Shown: positions 32,143 through 43,570, counted from the stretch's first letter. The stretch is DNA of 64,000 nt from Nitrospirota bacterium (GCA_963845065.1 CAWJQQ010000009.1:1216001-1280000), one strand, 5' to 3'. Notes: a model not told the origin generated them from the sequence alone. Numbers and translations are program-made.

Positions 32143-32506
32143 TGAAGTAACTCCTTGCAATTCCTGTAACGATAATTTAGTCAAGTATAGCATGAACGAC
32201 TTATATCATCAAGAATCTCTTGGCTCAATACAAAAAATTACCATTCGCCCCTTGACATGCTCAGGTCGAACAGGGGGGTTGCAGCTAGACTATAAGAGCT
32301 CTAAAATTGTTTGTCATTATTCTACCGTCGAGAGCTGGTCGAACTCAAAAGTATTTTTAACAGATGCGGGAACTCCAGAAAATCAGGATAGCTGCAATAG
32401 AGAGACTCGGTCATTTAAGGTGGTACTTAAGATAATAGGGCCGGAAACTTCAAAAGTTTTAGCAGTGGGGGTGCGGCAAGATTATAATTTATTTTGGTCT
32501 AAGAAA

Positions 32507-32695
32507 TCATTGAGAGGGTGTACTTGAGGTATGATGAAGCCTTGATTCTCTTAAGGGTGGCTTGTGGTCAATCTCCGGCCTTGAGCCACGACCACCTCCA
32601 TAATTTATGGTTTTCTTTTTCCAGAGCGCTATCCTTGCAAACCAGAGGACTCGAAAAAGCGAAATAGAGAATGTAGTATAGCAGGTGAGTATCAT
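32507..32695 (-). CDS. Small hypothetical protein (62 aa)
   Basis: Starts immediately after the stop of 32696-32896, consistent with translational coupling. Confidence 0.35.
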   Translation of the reverse strand: MILTCYTTFSISLFRVLWFARIALWKKKTINYGGGRGSRPEIDHKPPLRESRLHHTSSTPSQ

Positions 32696-32896
32696 TTATC
32701 TCATTTGATGCAGTAACCAGTCAATACACTCCCCTTCCATGATTTCACCGAATATATTCCTGGTGCTGACAATTTCGGATTGCAGCGTTTTTTTACGATC
32801 TATGAAGCCCAGGATATGACCTTCATGGAATATTTGAATACTTTGTTTCCACTCTCCCTGTTTTATTACTTGGAATTTCCCATAAACTTTTAACAT
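32696..32896 (-). CDS. Small hypothetical protein (66 aa)
   Basis: Strong AGGAGG RBS and an upstream sigma28-consensus promoter. Confidence 0.6.
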   Translation of the reverse strand: MLKVYGKFQVIKQGEWKQSIQIFHEGHILGFIDRKKTLQSEIVSTRNIFGEIMEGECIDWLLHQMR

Positions 32897-32928
32897 ATTG
32901 ACCTCCTGTCGACGTTCAGTTAGTAATC

Positions 32929-32955
32929 TTATCGGCAGGTTGTTGCATTTCTTTA
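32929..32955 (-). promoter_or_regulatory. sigma28 (FliA)-type promoter
   Basis: The - strand reads TAAA-N15-GCCGATAA exactly. Confidence 0.7.
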
Positions 32956-33721
32956 GTTACGGTTTTCGCGGAATTCGGTACATGCAAAAAGCACCAAACA
33001 AACTGGTCATTCTGTTATATCCACTATTTATGTTCGGAATATTTTAGAAGCGCCGCTTCTTACGGAGCTATGGCTGAATTTAAAAAACATCATTTTTTAC
33101 ATGTTTCCCAACGTCTAGTTGAGAACATCATTTAACACTAAGAAAAAATGAGCATTTCTTCTCAAATACAACTTTTCTATTTAAGATTTTTTCTGTCGAT
33201 AGGCCATACTTCCGTATTCCAGCGGACCGTTTATCATAAATACCAGCAGAACCGTCTTTGCTCAACTCATGCATTTTGTTACATCGTTCCATTTTCATCA
33301 ATACGTCGATGATTACAATGGCACCTACAATGTGAAATCGTTCTCATGCCTCGACCAGTCTCTCTGTATGGCTTTCGCGCACCCCACGTATCGGGAAAGT
33401 CTTTTGAGATATCGAAACTGGCCTGATTTGCGCAAAACCAAAACTCTATCACATGGGTGTCCGTGGCAAAGTTTCCCGAAACACTCTGGTCCATGCCAAC
33501 GATACTCGCGAATGGAGAATCCATGCCGGCTTTGCTCACATGCTGATCGAAACAGCTAGGCAGTTATACACGGGCGAAGACTTCGGCTAGGAACTGGATC
33601 AGACTGCTTAGCCTTCGATTCAACGACTATCGATCTCTGCCTTTCGTCATATCCGTGGGCGACCATCAAACTCATCTTGCCTGCACGGATTAAAGCATTT
33701 AACGGCACTACCGAGAATGCG

Positions 33722-35374
33722 CTGACCACTCCCCATGACTAAAGTCAGGGGGTTCTGACGGCTGTATCAACAGGCTCTCCGGCAACAGAGATTATATTGC
33801 CGGCCTCGACTGTCGTTGATCCGCCTTTAACGTGCGAGCAGTTCTGTCTCCGGTTTACACCGAAGCTGGCCGGATGAATTCGACCGCTCACTGCTTGCTG
33901 TTTCACTCTCGACACCGCACGCTCCAAGAGCAGGTTTGCACCCGTCCAGGCTTTGGCAGCCTGACGCGTGTCGAGGACATCGTTGAATACATGTTTTGCA
34001 AGGAATGCGGAGTAGAGATCGCGTTGAGTGTTTACCCCACAACTGCAGTCATGCCATCTTTGGGATAGCGGTTTTTTGGCTAGTGTTCCGCAATGGCACT
34101 TTTGAGAAAGCTTTGTGCTCCGGGTAGAAAACTCAGTTACTTTACCGCCAGCGTTTTCGGCTTTGCAGCGAAGCATCGAAATAAACATCCCCGGAGCGCG
34201 TCGTGAAATGCTTTTACCATAGAGTTTCTGGAATGCTATGTATGACAGTTTTTCGGTCTTTATGTCGATCCCGAGAGTGATAACTTTGTTCACAAGCTTG
34301 CCATGAGACCGTTTTCTGGTTTCAGCGAGAACTCTTTGGAGATCGGACAACTCAGCTTTAAGAGCACGGTATTGGGTGGAAAAGATCCACTGCTTTTTGC
34401 CAGCCTTAATCGTACCATCATCGTTGTAGTTGTTCGGGTTGGTAGCTCTCAGGCTTCTGGCCATCTTGCGCTGAACGGTTTTGATACGTTTATACGGGAT
34501 CTCGACTTCTGGGCAGAACTCGAGAAGCAAAGCATCAGTATCGCCAACAATGGCTGCCGTAGACGGACCGATATCAAGACCTACAGTTTCGGTGCCAATC
34601 TGGTTCTCACGCTTAATCTTGGCCGTGCCTTTAAGCACGAGTTGAGCGAACCATCGAGTATTGCCGCGAATGGTCTTCTTGGCCAGACGAACGTACTTGA
34701 CGTCGTGGCTCAGAGCATGGGCTTGGACTCCGAACTTGTCTTTTGAATCAAAGAAACAACGGAGGCTAAGGCCAGTCCACTCAACATGGTCATCGCACCA
34801 CCTGATACCAGACTTGTTGTTTTTGCCTTCGAGCGAAGACATCCAGCCGCGACGCTTAAAACGAGGTTTGCCATGCTTCCCAAACTCGTAGTCGGAGACG
34901 GCGCTATATGCTCGAGACGCTATTTTCTGGGCGGTCAGGCTGTCAATATGGTCTCCGGATCCAGCAGGAATTACGGAGAATGCCAACGTAGTTATGAAGG
35001 TGGTATTCGGTATATTCAGCCTGGGTTCTGGCTGTTTTAAACATCTTAGTGCGAAGCTTGCTTTTCTTCATCTTGATCGCTACGAGCCATTTCGGGGATC
35101 GGCGCATGGCAGCAAGACGCTTCATTGTTTCACCAAGGCAGGCATTGTACAGATAACGGCCAGCTTCGAGCCGGACATTAAGCATTAGATTGTCTTTTGG
35201 GGTTGTTACGAGTTGAAACTCGTGGATAAAAGATGGGGTTTTAGGTTTACGTTTACGAGACATTGGTTGCTCAAATATACCACATAGATGTACATGTGGC
35301 TAGCAATTGCTGAAAATCAAAGTTTCCGCATTCATCCCCATGGTTAAAACCAGGGGCTTTTTGCGGATAGGTTG
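33722..35374 (-). mobile_element. IS605-group tnpB-only element (IS1341-like)
   Basis: Left-end hairpin near 35337-35357, right-end hairpin ending TCAG at 33722, no TSD. Removing it restores the IS4 codons gag aat gcg|gta aag. Confidence 0.9.
33745..35263 (-). pseudogene. tnpB: TnpB with a single +1 frameshift near 34957
   Basis: The N-terminal ORF (35263-34943) and C-terminal ORF join as CWI-GDHIDS. RuvC motifs GLDIG / TEKL / QRDLYSA and a CHC..CSC zinc finger are present. Confidence 0.88.
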
Positions 35375-35838
35375 GTAAAGACTCAAATCTGGATCGCCAT
35401 CTCCATATACATTTTCGTGGCCATTGTCAAGAAGCAGTTGAAGCTCGATCGGAGCCCTCTACGCAATTTTATAAATTTCGAGTGACTCTCTAAGAGAAAA
35501 CACCCATATTATGGGCGCCGTCAACTGATTACGAAGATTAAGCCTTCGCTGATGATAACTAATTGAATTTCCAGCTATAATGTTGGGACATTTGTGATTA
35601 TAATTTGCAATCTTAAAAGTGATTGTTTTCCAGGAGAGAATCGAATCTTTATGGTCTCGAAGGCAAACCTAATTTATGAGGCGTTTCCTCATCAAGGCGT
35701 AAAGCAGTCAACCAACTTTACAATTGACAGCATTACTCACCTGATAAGAAAGCCGCAAGGGTGAAGAAAAAGTACACACTTTACTTATTTAAGATAAAAG
35801 CACTTACGCCGGAACACTTCCCTTTATTATCATGCCAC

Positions 35839-36090
35839 TTATGATTCGACTGCGCATAAGTCATTATCACCAAACTGACAATCGTCGGGTAGAACGGTTT
35901 GCTCACCATGACCGCCAATCGTTTTTTTGATCAGCTGTAATGTGCCCTCTTCAGCATGCAGGATTTCCGGAAGCTCAGCTTCGATCTTGGGGGACACTTG
36001 CTCATCATCCTTAAATGCTCTTACCTCATAGGCTTCAGTCAGCGTGACCCTTTCCCTGCGAACTTTCGTTTTTTTTGTGAGCGCTTTCAT
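35839..36090 (-). CDS. Hypothetical protein (83 aa)
   Basis: GGAGG RBS and a clean ORF. Confidence 0.55.
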   Translation of the reverse strand: MKALTKKTKVRRERVTLTEAYEVRAFKDDEQVSPKIEAELPEILHAEEGTLQLIKKTIGGHGEQTVLPDDCQFGDNDLCAVES

Positions 36091-36384
36091 TTCCGTCGCC
36101 TCCCTTTTTTATAATACCTCTATTTATAGTATAGCATCACAAAACTACAGTATTAGAAATTAGATAATAATTAATCATACTTTAGTCCGCTTGACATCAT
36201 AAAGTTTTATGAGTTAATTAAAGTATTAGAATAAATCGGCGTCTTTTGTCGATATGCTTATTTCAGTACGCAACAGGGGAGGATATTCGAAAAATATTTT
36301 GGCAACAGAACAATTCAAAGTTGGCCATTTTCAGTAAGTAAAAATATTTTTCGAGCCGGCAGAGCGGCCCTGTTACCTGGAGAT

Positions 36385-37608
36385 ATGCAATTCAAGAGGA
36401 GACAGGACGTGATTAAATTGATTTTCAATATTTTGATATTGGGCATGCTATCATTACCGGCGGTGCTTCAGGCTCGAGGCAAGACCCTTCCAGGCGGCAG
36501 TGACCTATCGCTGAATAGTCCAGACGGGGATATACAGGTACAGACCAAACCTTCCGAGCCTTCTCCTCCTCTCGTCGACGCGGTTTATTTTGCCGAACAT
36601 TTGTTCGAATCCTCCAATGTTCCCGTTCTCGCTGATGCACGCGTGGCAGCACAAATCGGGTATTTTAGAACAACGGGTAAGCCAAGTTTCCAGAACTGGC
36701 TCGACCACTCCTCACGGTTTATCCCCCTCATGAAGGAAATATTCCGCAAGAATGAACTGCCGGAGGATCTAGTTTATGTGGCGATGATAGAAAGTGGGTT
36801 GCGTATGAACGCCGTATCGCGATCCCAAGCCGTGGGGCCATGGCAATTTATGTCAATCACTGCCAAAACATACGGTCTCAAGATTGATAGATGGATCGAT
36901 GAAAGGCGTGACCCCGTGAAATCCACCCAGGCAGCGGCAGCATACTTGCGAGACCTTTACAGACACTTTGGATCATGGCGTCTTGCCTTGGCGTCGTATA
37001 ACGCCGGTGAGGGAAGAATCTCTCGCGCACTCTTCCTTTCTCAGGACAACGACCTGCCTGATCTGTATGAGTCCACGATTCTGCGTCGGGAAACGCGAAA
37101 CTACGTGCCTAGGCTCTTGGCAGCCATCATGATAGCGCGGGACCCCGAAATGTACGGTTTCGTGGTGAAGAACGGAAGAGCTTTCAGTTATGATGAAGTG
37201 TTGATCGACGAAAGTACTGACCTCGATGACATTGCCGCATTGGTCGGATGCACCTATGAGGACCTCAAGGACTTAAACCCGGAGCTGAAAACCAGGATGT
37301 CTCCTCCCTATGTCAATCCGTATGTCCTGAGACTTCCGGCAGGCACGAAAGAGAGCTATCGTGCGGCCAGGAAAATGCTGTTCCACTACGTTTCACTTAT
37401 TACGCCGCGTTTTGATGCCGCATATGATCCACTTTACGGCGGATGGCCTCATGAGTATGCCGTACTGAGAAAGAGGTATCAGTCGCGTTCGGCATCCCGG
37501 ATTCACTGGATACCTTTGCCGAAACAGCAAACCCCTGAACTGGTCCGGTTGCCCAAAGTCGCTACATCTCTCGATTCCCCCAATCTTCATTCAATCCATC
37601 GTATTTGA
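36385..37608 (+). CDS. MltD-like lytic transglycosylase
   Basis: AMIESG catalytic Glu, AVGPWQFM, LASYNAGEG, ETRNYVP. Confidence 0.9.
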   Translation: MQFKRRQDVIKLIFNILILGMLSLPAVLQARGKTLPGGSDLSLNSPDGDIQVQTKPSEPSPPLVDAVYFAEHLFESSNVPVLADARVAAQIGYFRTTGKPSFQNWLDHSSRFIPLMKEIFRKNELPEDLVYVAMIESGLRMNAVSRSQAVGPWQFMSITAKTYGLKIDRWIDERRDPVKSTQAAAAYLRDLYRHFGSWRLALASYNAGEGRISRALFLSQDNDLPDLYESTILRRETRNYVPRLLAAIMIARDPEMYGFVVKNGRAFSYDEVLIDESTDLDDIAALVGCTYEDLKDLNPELKTRMSPPYVNPYVLRLPAGTKESYRAARKMLFHYVSLITPRFDAAYDPLYGGWPHEYAVLRKRYQSRSASRIHWIPLPKQQTPELVRLPKVATSLDSPNLHSIHRI

Positions 37609-37780
37609 GTACTGGTCCCCGAGAAGTTGGATTGAGAAACAACGATGTTGACAGAGAGGTGGTTTGGAACATGCCCCAGCAAGATCATGATGGTTCAGCG
37701 CGTTCTTAACCTTTTTTTCTGTATCCTGATTTTCCCCTAATCGTTCCGAAGAAAGGGAGTTTGAACAGCGGGGGGTACAG

Positions 37781-38875
37781 CTATTTCCTTTTATAAAAAG
37801 GCAGGTCCACAATTTTTGCGGCTATTTCGCGGTCGCGAACCTCGATTTCAATTTCCTGGCCGGGCTGTGAATAGCGGGTGACAATATAGCCAAGTCCTAT
37901 TCCTTTGCGAAGATGGGGCGAGAAACAGCCGCTGGTAACTATGCCAACTTCCCGATTTTCCGAAAAGATGCTCCCCCCACTCCTCGGTATTCCCGTGTCT
38001 AGTAGATAAAATCCGGCAAGCTTCTGCTTGACGCCTTCTGCCTTTAACCTGAGCAGCTCTTCCTTTCCGATAAAAATTTTATTAAAATCAACAAAGTAAG
38101 AGAGCCCTGCCTCAAGAGGAGTGCGGGTTTCATCAAGCTCGCTTCCATACAAAAGATGACCCATCTCCAACCGTAAGATGTCCCTGCTTGCGAAACCGCA
38201 AGGAAGAAGTCCATACTCGCTGCCTACGTTCATGATTCCGTCCCAGAGCGATTCGGCGCGGTCTGCCGGTGCGATGAATTCATATCCGTGCTCCCCGGTA
38301 TAGCCTGTACGGGACATGATTACTGGCGAGTTCGCAAACGAAAATTCCCGAACAGACCTGGGCTTCATTTTTTTGAAATGATGCTCCGTCAGTTTTTCGA
38401 GGATTGGGAGCGAGCGCGGGCCCTGCAAAGACAGATGAACCGTAAAGAGCGTTCTGTTAGTTATTTCTATGGTGTTCGACGCACGCTGCTTTAGCCAGAG
38501 CAGAATTTTATCGGTATTGGCAGCGTTCGTAGAGAGGAGATAACGGTCCGGATTCGCTTTCTCGGAAGGGAGACGAGTTACCAAAACCTCATCAAGGATG
38601 CAACCAGCCTCGTTGCAGATAAGGCTGTAGTGAGCAAAACCTTCCGCGAGCCTACTCATGTCCCAAGTAACAACGCTTTGGAGTAGGGCAGTTGCACCGG
38701 GGCCGCACACTTCAATCCTGCCCAGATAACTGATATCGAAAAGGCCGGCAGCGGTGCGCACAGCTCGATATTCTTCCTGTATATCGGAGAACTGGAGGGG
38801 GATCTGCCATCCTGCGAAGTCCGTCATCTTAGCATTAAAGAGCTCATGTTTCCGGTAGAGAACGGTCTGCTTCAT
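37781..38875 (-). CDS. gcvT: Glycine cleavage T protein (aminomethyltransferase)
   Basis: FAGW..P..F, GLFDIS, SRTGYTGEHGYE, RDILRLEMG. Confidence 0.9.
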   Translation of the reverse strand: MKQTVLYRKHELFNAKMTDFAGWQIPLQFSDIQEEYRAVRTAAGLFDISYLGRIEVCGPGATALLQSVVTWDMSRLAEGFAHYSLICNEAGCILDEVLVTRLPSEKANPDRYLLSTNAANTDKILLWLKQRASNTIEITNRTLFTVHLSLQGPRSLPILEKLTEHHFKKMKPRSVREFSFANSPVIMSRTGYTGEHGYEFIAPADRAESLWDGIMNVGSEYGLLPCGFASRDILRLEMGHLLYGSELDETRTPLEAGLSYFVDFNKIFIGKEELLRLKAEGVKQKLAGFYLLDTGIPRSGGSIFSENREVGIVTSGCFSPHLRKGIGLGYIVTRYSQPGQEIEIEVRDREIAAKIVDLPFYKRK

Positions 38876-38980
38876 TCAGCCCTCCGCGTCGCGATGCGAG
38901 TACAGAGTAATTGAGCACCAATTGAGAACTCACAGTTGCTGTTGCGATGACTGCTTTAGCGGGCTACGAATGACGGCGCC

Positions 38981-40039
38981 TCAGAGCCTGAATCGCTCTG
39001 GGTCGATCTTGCCGTCGGCGAGTTTGTGGAGATCCTTGGGCAGGAACGCTCCCTTTTCAGTGATAATAGCCGTGATATATCGGGCCGGCGTAACGTCGAA
39101 CGCCGGGTTAGCGACTTTGACGCCATCCGGAGCTATCTGTACTTTTCCGAGCACATGTGTTACCTCGCGAGGATCGCGCTCTTCGATCGGAATGTCGGCG
39201 CCTGATTCGATGTTGAAATCGATGCTTGATAGCGGTGCAGCCACGTAGAAGGGGATGCCGTGTTCCTTGCAGAGTACGGCGAGGCTGTAGGTGCCGATTT
39301 TGTTTGCCACATCGCCATTTTGAGCAATACGATCAGCTCCGACGATAGCCAGATCAATCATATCGCGGTAGAGGAAGTAGCCTGCCATGTTGTCAGAGAT
39401 GAGCGTGCAGGGAATGTTTTCCTGCATGAGTTCCCATGCAGTCAACCGTGCGCCTTGGAGCACGGGTCGTGTCTCGTCGACATAAACGTGGATTTTCTTT
39501 TCATCTTCGACTGCCGAGCGCATGATTCCCTCGGCTGTTCCGTAACCAGCTGTCGCGATAGAGCCAGCATTGCAGTGTGTAATGATGTTATCACCATCAG
39601 AGACAAACTCCGCGCCAAAAGCGCCAATCTTTTTGTTAGTTGCTATGTCATCATCGATCATACTCTGGGATTCCTCGACGAGTAGGTCCTTGATCGTGTC
39701 AAGGTCCTTGTCCTTGTTCCTCTGTACGAGTTTTTTGATTCGCTCGATAGCCCAGAACAGGTTCACTGCCGTAGGCCGCGTTGCCGCCATGGTGGAGCAA
39801 ATCTCCTCGAATTTAGGCCAGAACTCGTCGAAAGAGTTCGCTGATATCTGACGGGCGCCAAGCGCAAGGCCCATGGCAGCCGTCACACCAATTGCCGGCG
39901 CACCGCGCACCCAAAGTTCCTTGATTCCTCTGGCAACGGTTTCATAGTCTTTGCAATCGATATAGATTGTCTCAAAGGGTAGTTTTGTCTGGTCCAGCAT
40001 CCGGACGATGCCATTTTTCCATTCGATGGTGGGGATCAT
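38981..40039 (-). CDS. mtnA: Methylthioribose-1-phosphate isomerase
   Basis: LDQTKLP, VRGAPAIG, RPTAVNL, THCNAG, ETRP.LQGARLT, NPAFDVTP. Confidence 0.96.
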   Translation of the reverse strand: MIPTIEWKNGIVRMLDQTKLPFETIYIDCKDYETVARGIKELWVRGAPAIGVTAAMGLALGARQISANSFDEFWPKFEEICSTMAATRPTAVNLFWAIERIKKLVQRNKDKDLDTIKDLLVEESQSMIDDDIATNKKIGAFGAEFVSDGDNIITHCNAGSIATAGYGTAEGIMRSAVEDEKKIHVYVDETRPVLQGARLTAWELMQENIPCTLISDNMAGYFLYRDMIDLAIVGADRIAQNGDVANKIGTYSLAVLCKEHGIPFYVAAPLSSIDFNIESGADIPIEERDPREVTHVLGKVQIAPDGVKVANPAFDVTPARYITAIITEKGAFLPKDLHKLADGKIDPERFRL

Positions 40040-40212
40040 GCATGGTCTCCTTTGGGGTAGTGATACGGAAATACAACACTTGCGACTTAAATATAAAGGA
40101 ATATGCACGTATTGTCAAAAAGAATCTGAATACGGACTGGGAATTGTATGGATGGCATAGACCTGTTGGTCTGGTCCGGGAGAACGAAGGACGCAGAGCG
40201 GGATCGGCCCCA

Positions 40213-40896
40213 TCAGCTTTCGCGTCGCTGTCGAATCGGTTCGCAGGCCATGTGGCGGATGACCTTGCCTTTGACCAGGTATACGACCATTTCGGCGATG
40301 TTAGTCGCATGGTCAGCTATACGCTCCAGATACTTCGTGATGTAGGTAAGCCGCACGGCACGCGAGATGTTCTTTGGGTCTTGCAGCATGAACACGAGCA
40401 GTTCGTTGAATATTTGCTGGTTTAGGTTGTCCACGAAGTCGTCGGATGTACAGACCTGCATGGCCAGGTCGGCATCGCGGGCCACAAATGCGTCGAGGCT
40501 TTCCTTGAGCATCTTCTGAGACGCCTCAGCCATACGTGGAAGGTCGATATAGGGCTTGAGCGGCGGCTCATTCTCCAGCTCAAGTGCGCGTTCGCAAATG
40601 TCTACGGCTAGATCACCCATACGCTCCAGATCGGTGATGATCCTGATGGCCGTTGTAACAAAACGGAGGTTGCTGCCTGTGGGCTGCCATAGGGCGATGA
40701 ACCTAATGCACTCTTCTTCGATATCGACATCGAAATTGTTCACAATTGCATCGCCATCGATCACTTCGAGTGCCAATTGACGGTCCCGCTCCATTAGTGC
40801 TTTCATGGACTTCCTTATCGCGTCTTCGACAAAGCTTCCCATCGTAAGCAAACGTTCCTTGAGCTTTTCGAGTTCCTGCTCTTTTTGATTGGTCAT
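40213..40896 (-). CDS. phoU: Phosphate signalling protein PhoU
   Basis: DLERMGDLA and YLERIADHATNIAE repeats. Confidence 0.96.
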   Translation of the reverse strand: MTNQKEQELEKLKERLLTMGSFVEDAIRKSMKALMERDRQLALEVIDGDAIVNNFDVDIEEECIRFIALWQPTGSNLRFVTTAIRIITDLERMGDLAVDICERALELENEPPLKPYIDLPRMAEASQKMLKESLDAFVARDADLAMQVCTSDDFVDNLNQQIFNELLVFMLQDPKNISRAVRLTYITKYLERIADHATNIAEMVVYLVKGKVIRHMACEPIRQRRES

Positions 40897-41006
40897 GTGT
40901 TCTCCTTTAATATAGGGACCGCGGTACAGGTAACTGCTCAAAAAACTTTGTTCTGGTTAAAGGTGGTAAATTCTCTGACCTCGCCACTGGACCCTGTCCC
41001 CACATT

Positions 41007-41771
41007 TTAACCGAACCTTCCTGTAATGTAATCATCAGTTTGTTTTTTATCTGGGTTCGTGAAGATTTTTTCCGTTGTGCCGTATTCTATCAACTCACCC
41101 ATGTACAGAAAGCCCGTCATATCGGACACACGCGCAGCTTGCTGCATGTTGTGAGTGACGATAATGATCGAGACGTCCTTCTTCAAATTTACCACGAGTT
41201 CTTCTATTTTCGCCGTCGAGATGGGGTCCAGCGCAGACGTGGGTTCGTCAAAGAGCAACACCTCTGGCAAGACGGCCAGGGCGCGGGCGATCACGAGCCG
41301 TTGCTGCTGTCCGCCTGAGAGTTCGTAAGCGCTGGAATTCAATTTATCACGGACTTCTTCCCAGAGCGCAGCGTGTTTGAGCGTTTGTTCGATGCGGTCA
41401 ATGAGTTCCGATTTATTCTTGATGCCTTTTAGCCTGAGGCCGTAGGCGATGTTTTCAGCGATGGACATGGGGAAGGGCGTAGGCTTCTGAAACACCATGC
41501 CGATACGGCTCCTGAGATTGATCAGGTCAAGGTGGTCTGCAAGAATGTTCTGCCCCTGAAAGATGATCTCCCCCCCATACCGGTTTTTCGGATATAAATC
41601 GTGCATGCGGTTGAAGCACCGGAGCAGCGTTGTCTTTCCGCAACCCGACGGCCCGATCAATGCTGTGACGTTGTTCTTATATATCGGCAGCGATATTGAC
41701 CTGAGTGCATGAATATCACCGTTATAGTAGAAGTCCAAGTCCTTGACTTGAATCTCGATTTTTCCTGTCAT
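41007..41771 (-). CDS. pstB: Phosphate ABC transporter ATPase
   Basis: [40 protein letters not shown]. Confidence 0.96.
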   Translation of the reverse strand: MTGKIEIQVKDLDFYYNGDIHALRSISLPIYKNNVTALIGPSGCGKTTLLRCFNRMHDLYPKNRYGGEIIFQGQNILADHLDLINLRSRIGMVFQKPTPFPMSIAENIAYGLRLKGIKNKSELIDRIEQTLKHAALWEEVRDKLNSSAYELSGGQQQRLVIARALAVLPEVLLFDEPTSALDPISTAKIEELVVNLKKDVSIIIVTHNMQQAARVSDMTGFLYMGELIEYGTTEKIFTNPDKKQTDDYITGRFG

Positions 41772-42597
41772 CGTTTTAACCTCCAGCGAATGGTCACTCC
41801 CCCGATAAGCGTAAGGGCGAGGGTAAAAAGCGTAATCACGACGATGCGCTCCTCGCTTGAGTATGCCAGCTAATGTAGGGCCCCATAGTGCATTGGGAAA
41901 TGGTGACGGTGTGCGATGACAGAGGACCGCTCATGCTTTCCCGTGAAAAGTTGTTGTTAAACGAAGAAAAGAACGGCTGAGCGGTCTTGTATGCACCGCG
42001 CGCTATGATGACTGTCAGGATGACTATGGCTGCACCGAGGTATACGACTTGGACGATCACCTTAAATACGGTACACAGAGCGCTAAGGTTGCCTCGTGCA
42101 GGGACCAAGGTATGAGTGACGGTATGTCCTCCATCGTCCGGAGCACGAATGGGATCATTATGTTCGAAAGTGCGAATGCACCGATCCATCCCCGATGCGG
42201 TCGGACCATGATCGCATACACGAACGAACGCGCCCACTACGATCGATGGCACGCGCATCATGATGTCGGAAAGAATGCTGATCGTTCTCGAAATTTTGCT
42301 CCCCCGAATATATTCCTCGAGGAACGCGCAACCGAGAACTCCAACCGGAACTCCTATCAATGTGGCAGTAAAGGTGATCGGCAGCTGTCCGACAAAGGCT
42401 TTTTGTAGTTCTGCTCCCTCGACGCCGTCAGGAGCAGAGTCGTTTATGTCCGGGTTAAGCCGCAGAAGAGTGCCAATACCGTGTATAACGACGTCCGAGA
42501 GTATGTACGCGAGCCAGAAAAGGCCGATCGCTGAGGTGGCGCCGGAAAGAGAGAGCGCACTGATGCTTTTTATTTTACGTTTTTGTTCTGTTGTCAT
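41768..42597 (-). pseudogene. pstA: Phosphate permease PstA, multiply frameshifted
   Basis: VPSIVVGAFV is followed by a frameshift. FNNNF...TVTI..GPY..WHTQA is recognisable. The C-terminus continues in another frame and overlaps the pstB start. Confidence 0.85.
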
Positions 42598-42689
42598 GAT
42601 AAGGCTTGGATCTTTTTTGAGTAATCAAAGGATAAATTATAGCCAAATGTCTGATACTAAAGGTTAATTCTACTACATATTCAGCATGT

Positions 42690-42990
42690 TGTCCAGTCGA
42701 GTAAATTGATCTTAATCTCTTATATTTACTTTCGGCATTCAGGAAAAGAAGCTTCGCAATGGCGAGGACAATGAAGCTCATCGCGAAAAGGACGAGCGCC
42801 AGATAGTAGAGCGAAGAGAAAGGTGGGTGTCCGCCTCTTTAAACTTGTTAGCAAGGCTCACGGTTATGGTCAAGGCCGCTGCGAGGAGCGACGTGGCGAT
42901 TTTGTGGTTGTAGCCAAGCACGAAGGCAACAGCCATTGTCTCGCCCAACACCCGGATCAAGGGAAGCGTAGCGCGCCCGAACATCCGCAG
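42690..42990 (-). pseudogene. pstC: Phosphate permease PstC, 3' fragment
   Basis: RVLGETMAVAFVLG...TVSLAN.F.EA, frameshifted. The 5' part is missing. Confidence 0.85.
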
Positions 42991-43173
42991 TTTGAAATAA
43001 CGAATGACAACGTTCTACACAGTTGCCCTAACGTGTTATTGAGTGTAAAAATATCGCATATTATTTACTTTTTATTACATATATGACCTACATTCCGCTA
43101 GTACGTGGTATGCGATTCTGAATTAATATGCGATATGTTTCAATGAGTTACTTATCCCTTACGAATCGTCCAA

Positions 43174-43563
43174 TTACTCATATTTAACGTTTTTTAATTT
43201 TAGCACTGATTTTAGCAACTTTATTTCCTCACCATTTAGTTTGGCAAGATCACTAATCGCTTTTTTATGTTCCCTGTAATTTTCGGACAGTTTTCGCACC
43301 ATCACGCGATCTGCAACTCGAACTACCTGATTTTTCAATTTCCCGTTCTCCAGGCGAGAAAGTCTTGTGACTGGATGAATAGGCTTCTTGGCACAATGAC
43401 ATCCCTCGTGACCACATCGAACCAGCGAATCTCTTAGGCTTCCCACAATAAGCTTGGCATCACTCAGCAGGATTTTGATGAGACGGTTACGTTCTTTTTC
43501 CGCTGCGTATATTTTTACTCTTCTTTTATTTATTATTTTAATTGACATAGCTAATGTTAACAT
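43174..43563 (-). CDS. Basic Cys/His protein inside the IS1634 (DUF6788-like)
   Basis: GSL....RCG...CHC....H motif, Lys/Arg rich. Start may be at 43548. Confidence 0.7.
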   Translation of the reverse strand: MLTLAMSIKIINKRRVKIYAAEKERNRLIKILLSDAKLIVGSLRDSLVRCGHEGCHCAKKPIHPVTRLSRLENGKLKNQVVRVADRVMVRKLSENYREHKKAISDLAKLNGEEIKLLKSVLKLKNVKYE

Positions 43564-43570
43564 ATATAAT
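43542..43570 (+). promoter_or_regulatory. Consensus sigma70 promoter for the transposase
   Basis: TTGACA-N17-TATAAT. Confidence 0.75.

Larger units (their letters stand above)
33098..35596 (+). pseudogene. Degenerate IS4-family transposase (DUF4372-type), internally deleted and split by a tnpB element
   Basis: RTVFAQLM...KSFSCLDQ..CMAFA..TYRESL at 33236-33410 and DSTTIDLCLS. The segment RIKAF.GTTENA|VKTQIWIAIS resumes at 35375. Multiple stops and frameshifts. Confidence 0.85.
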
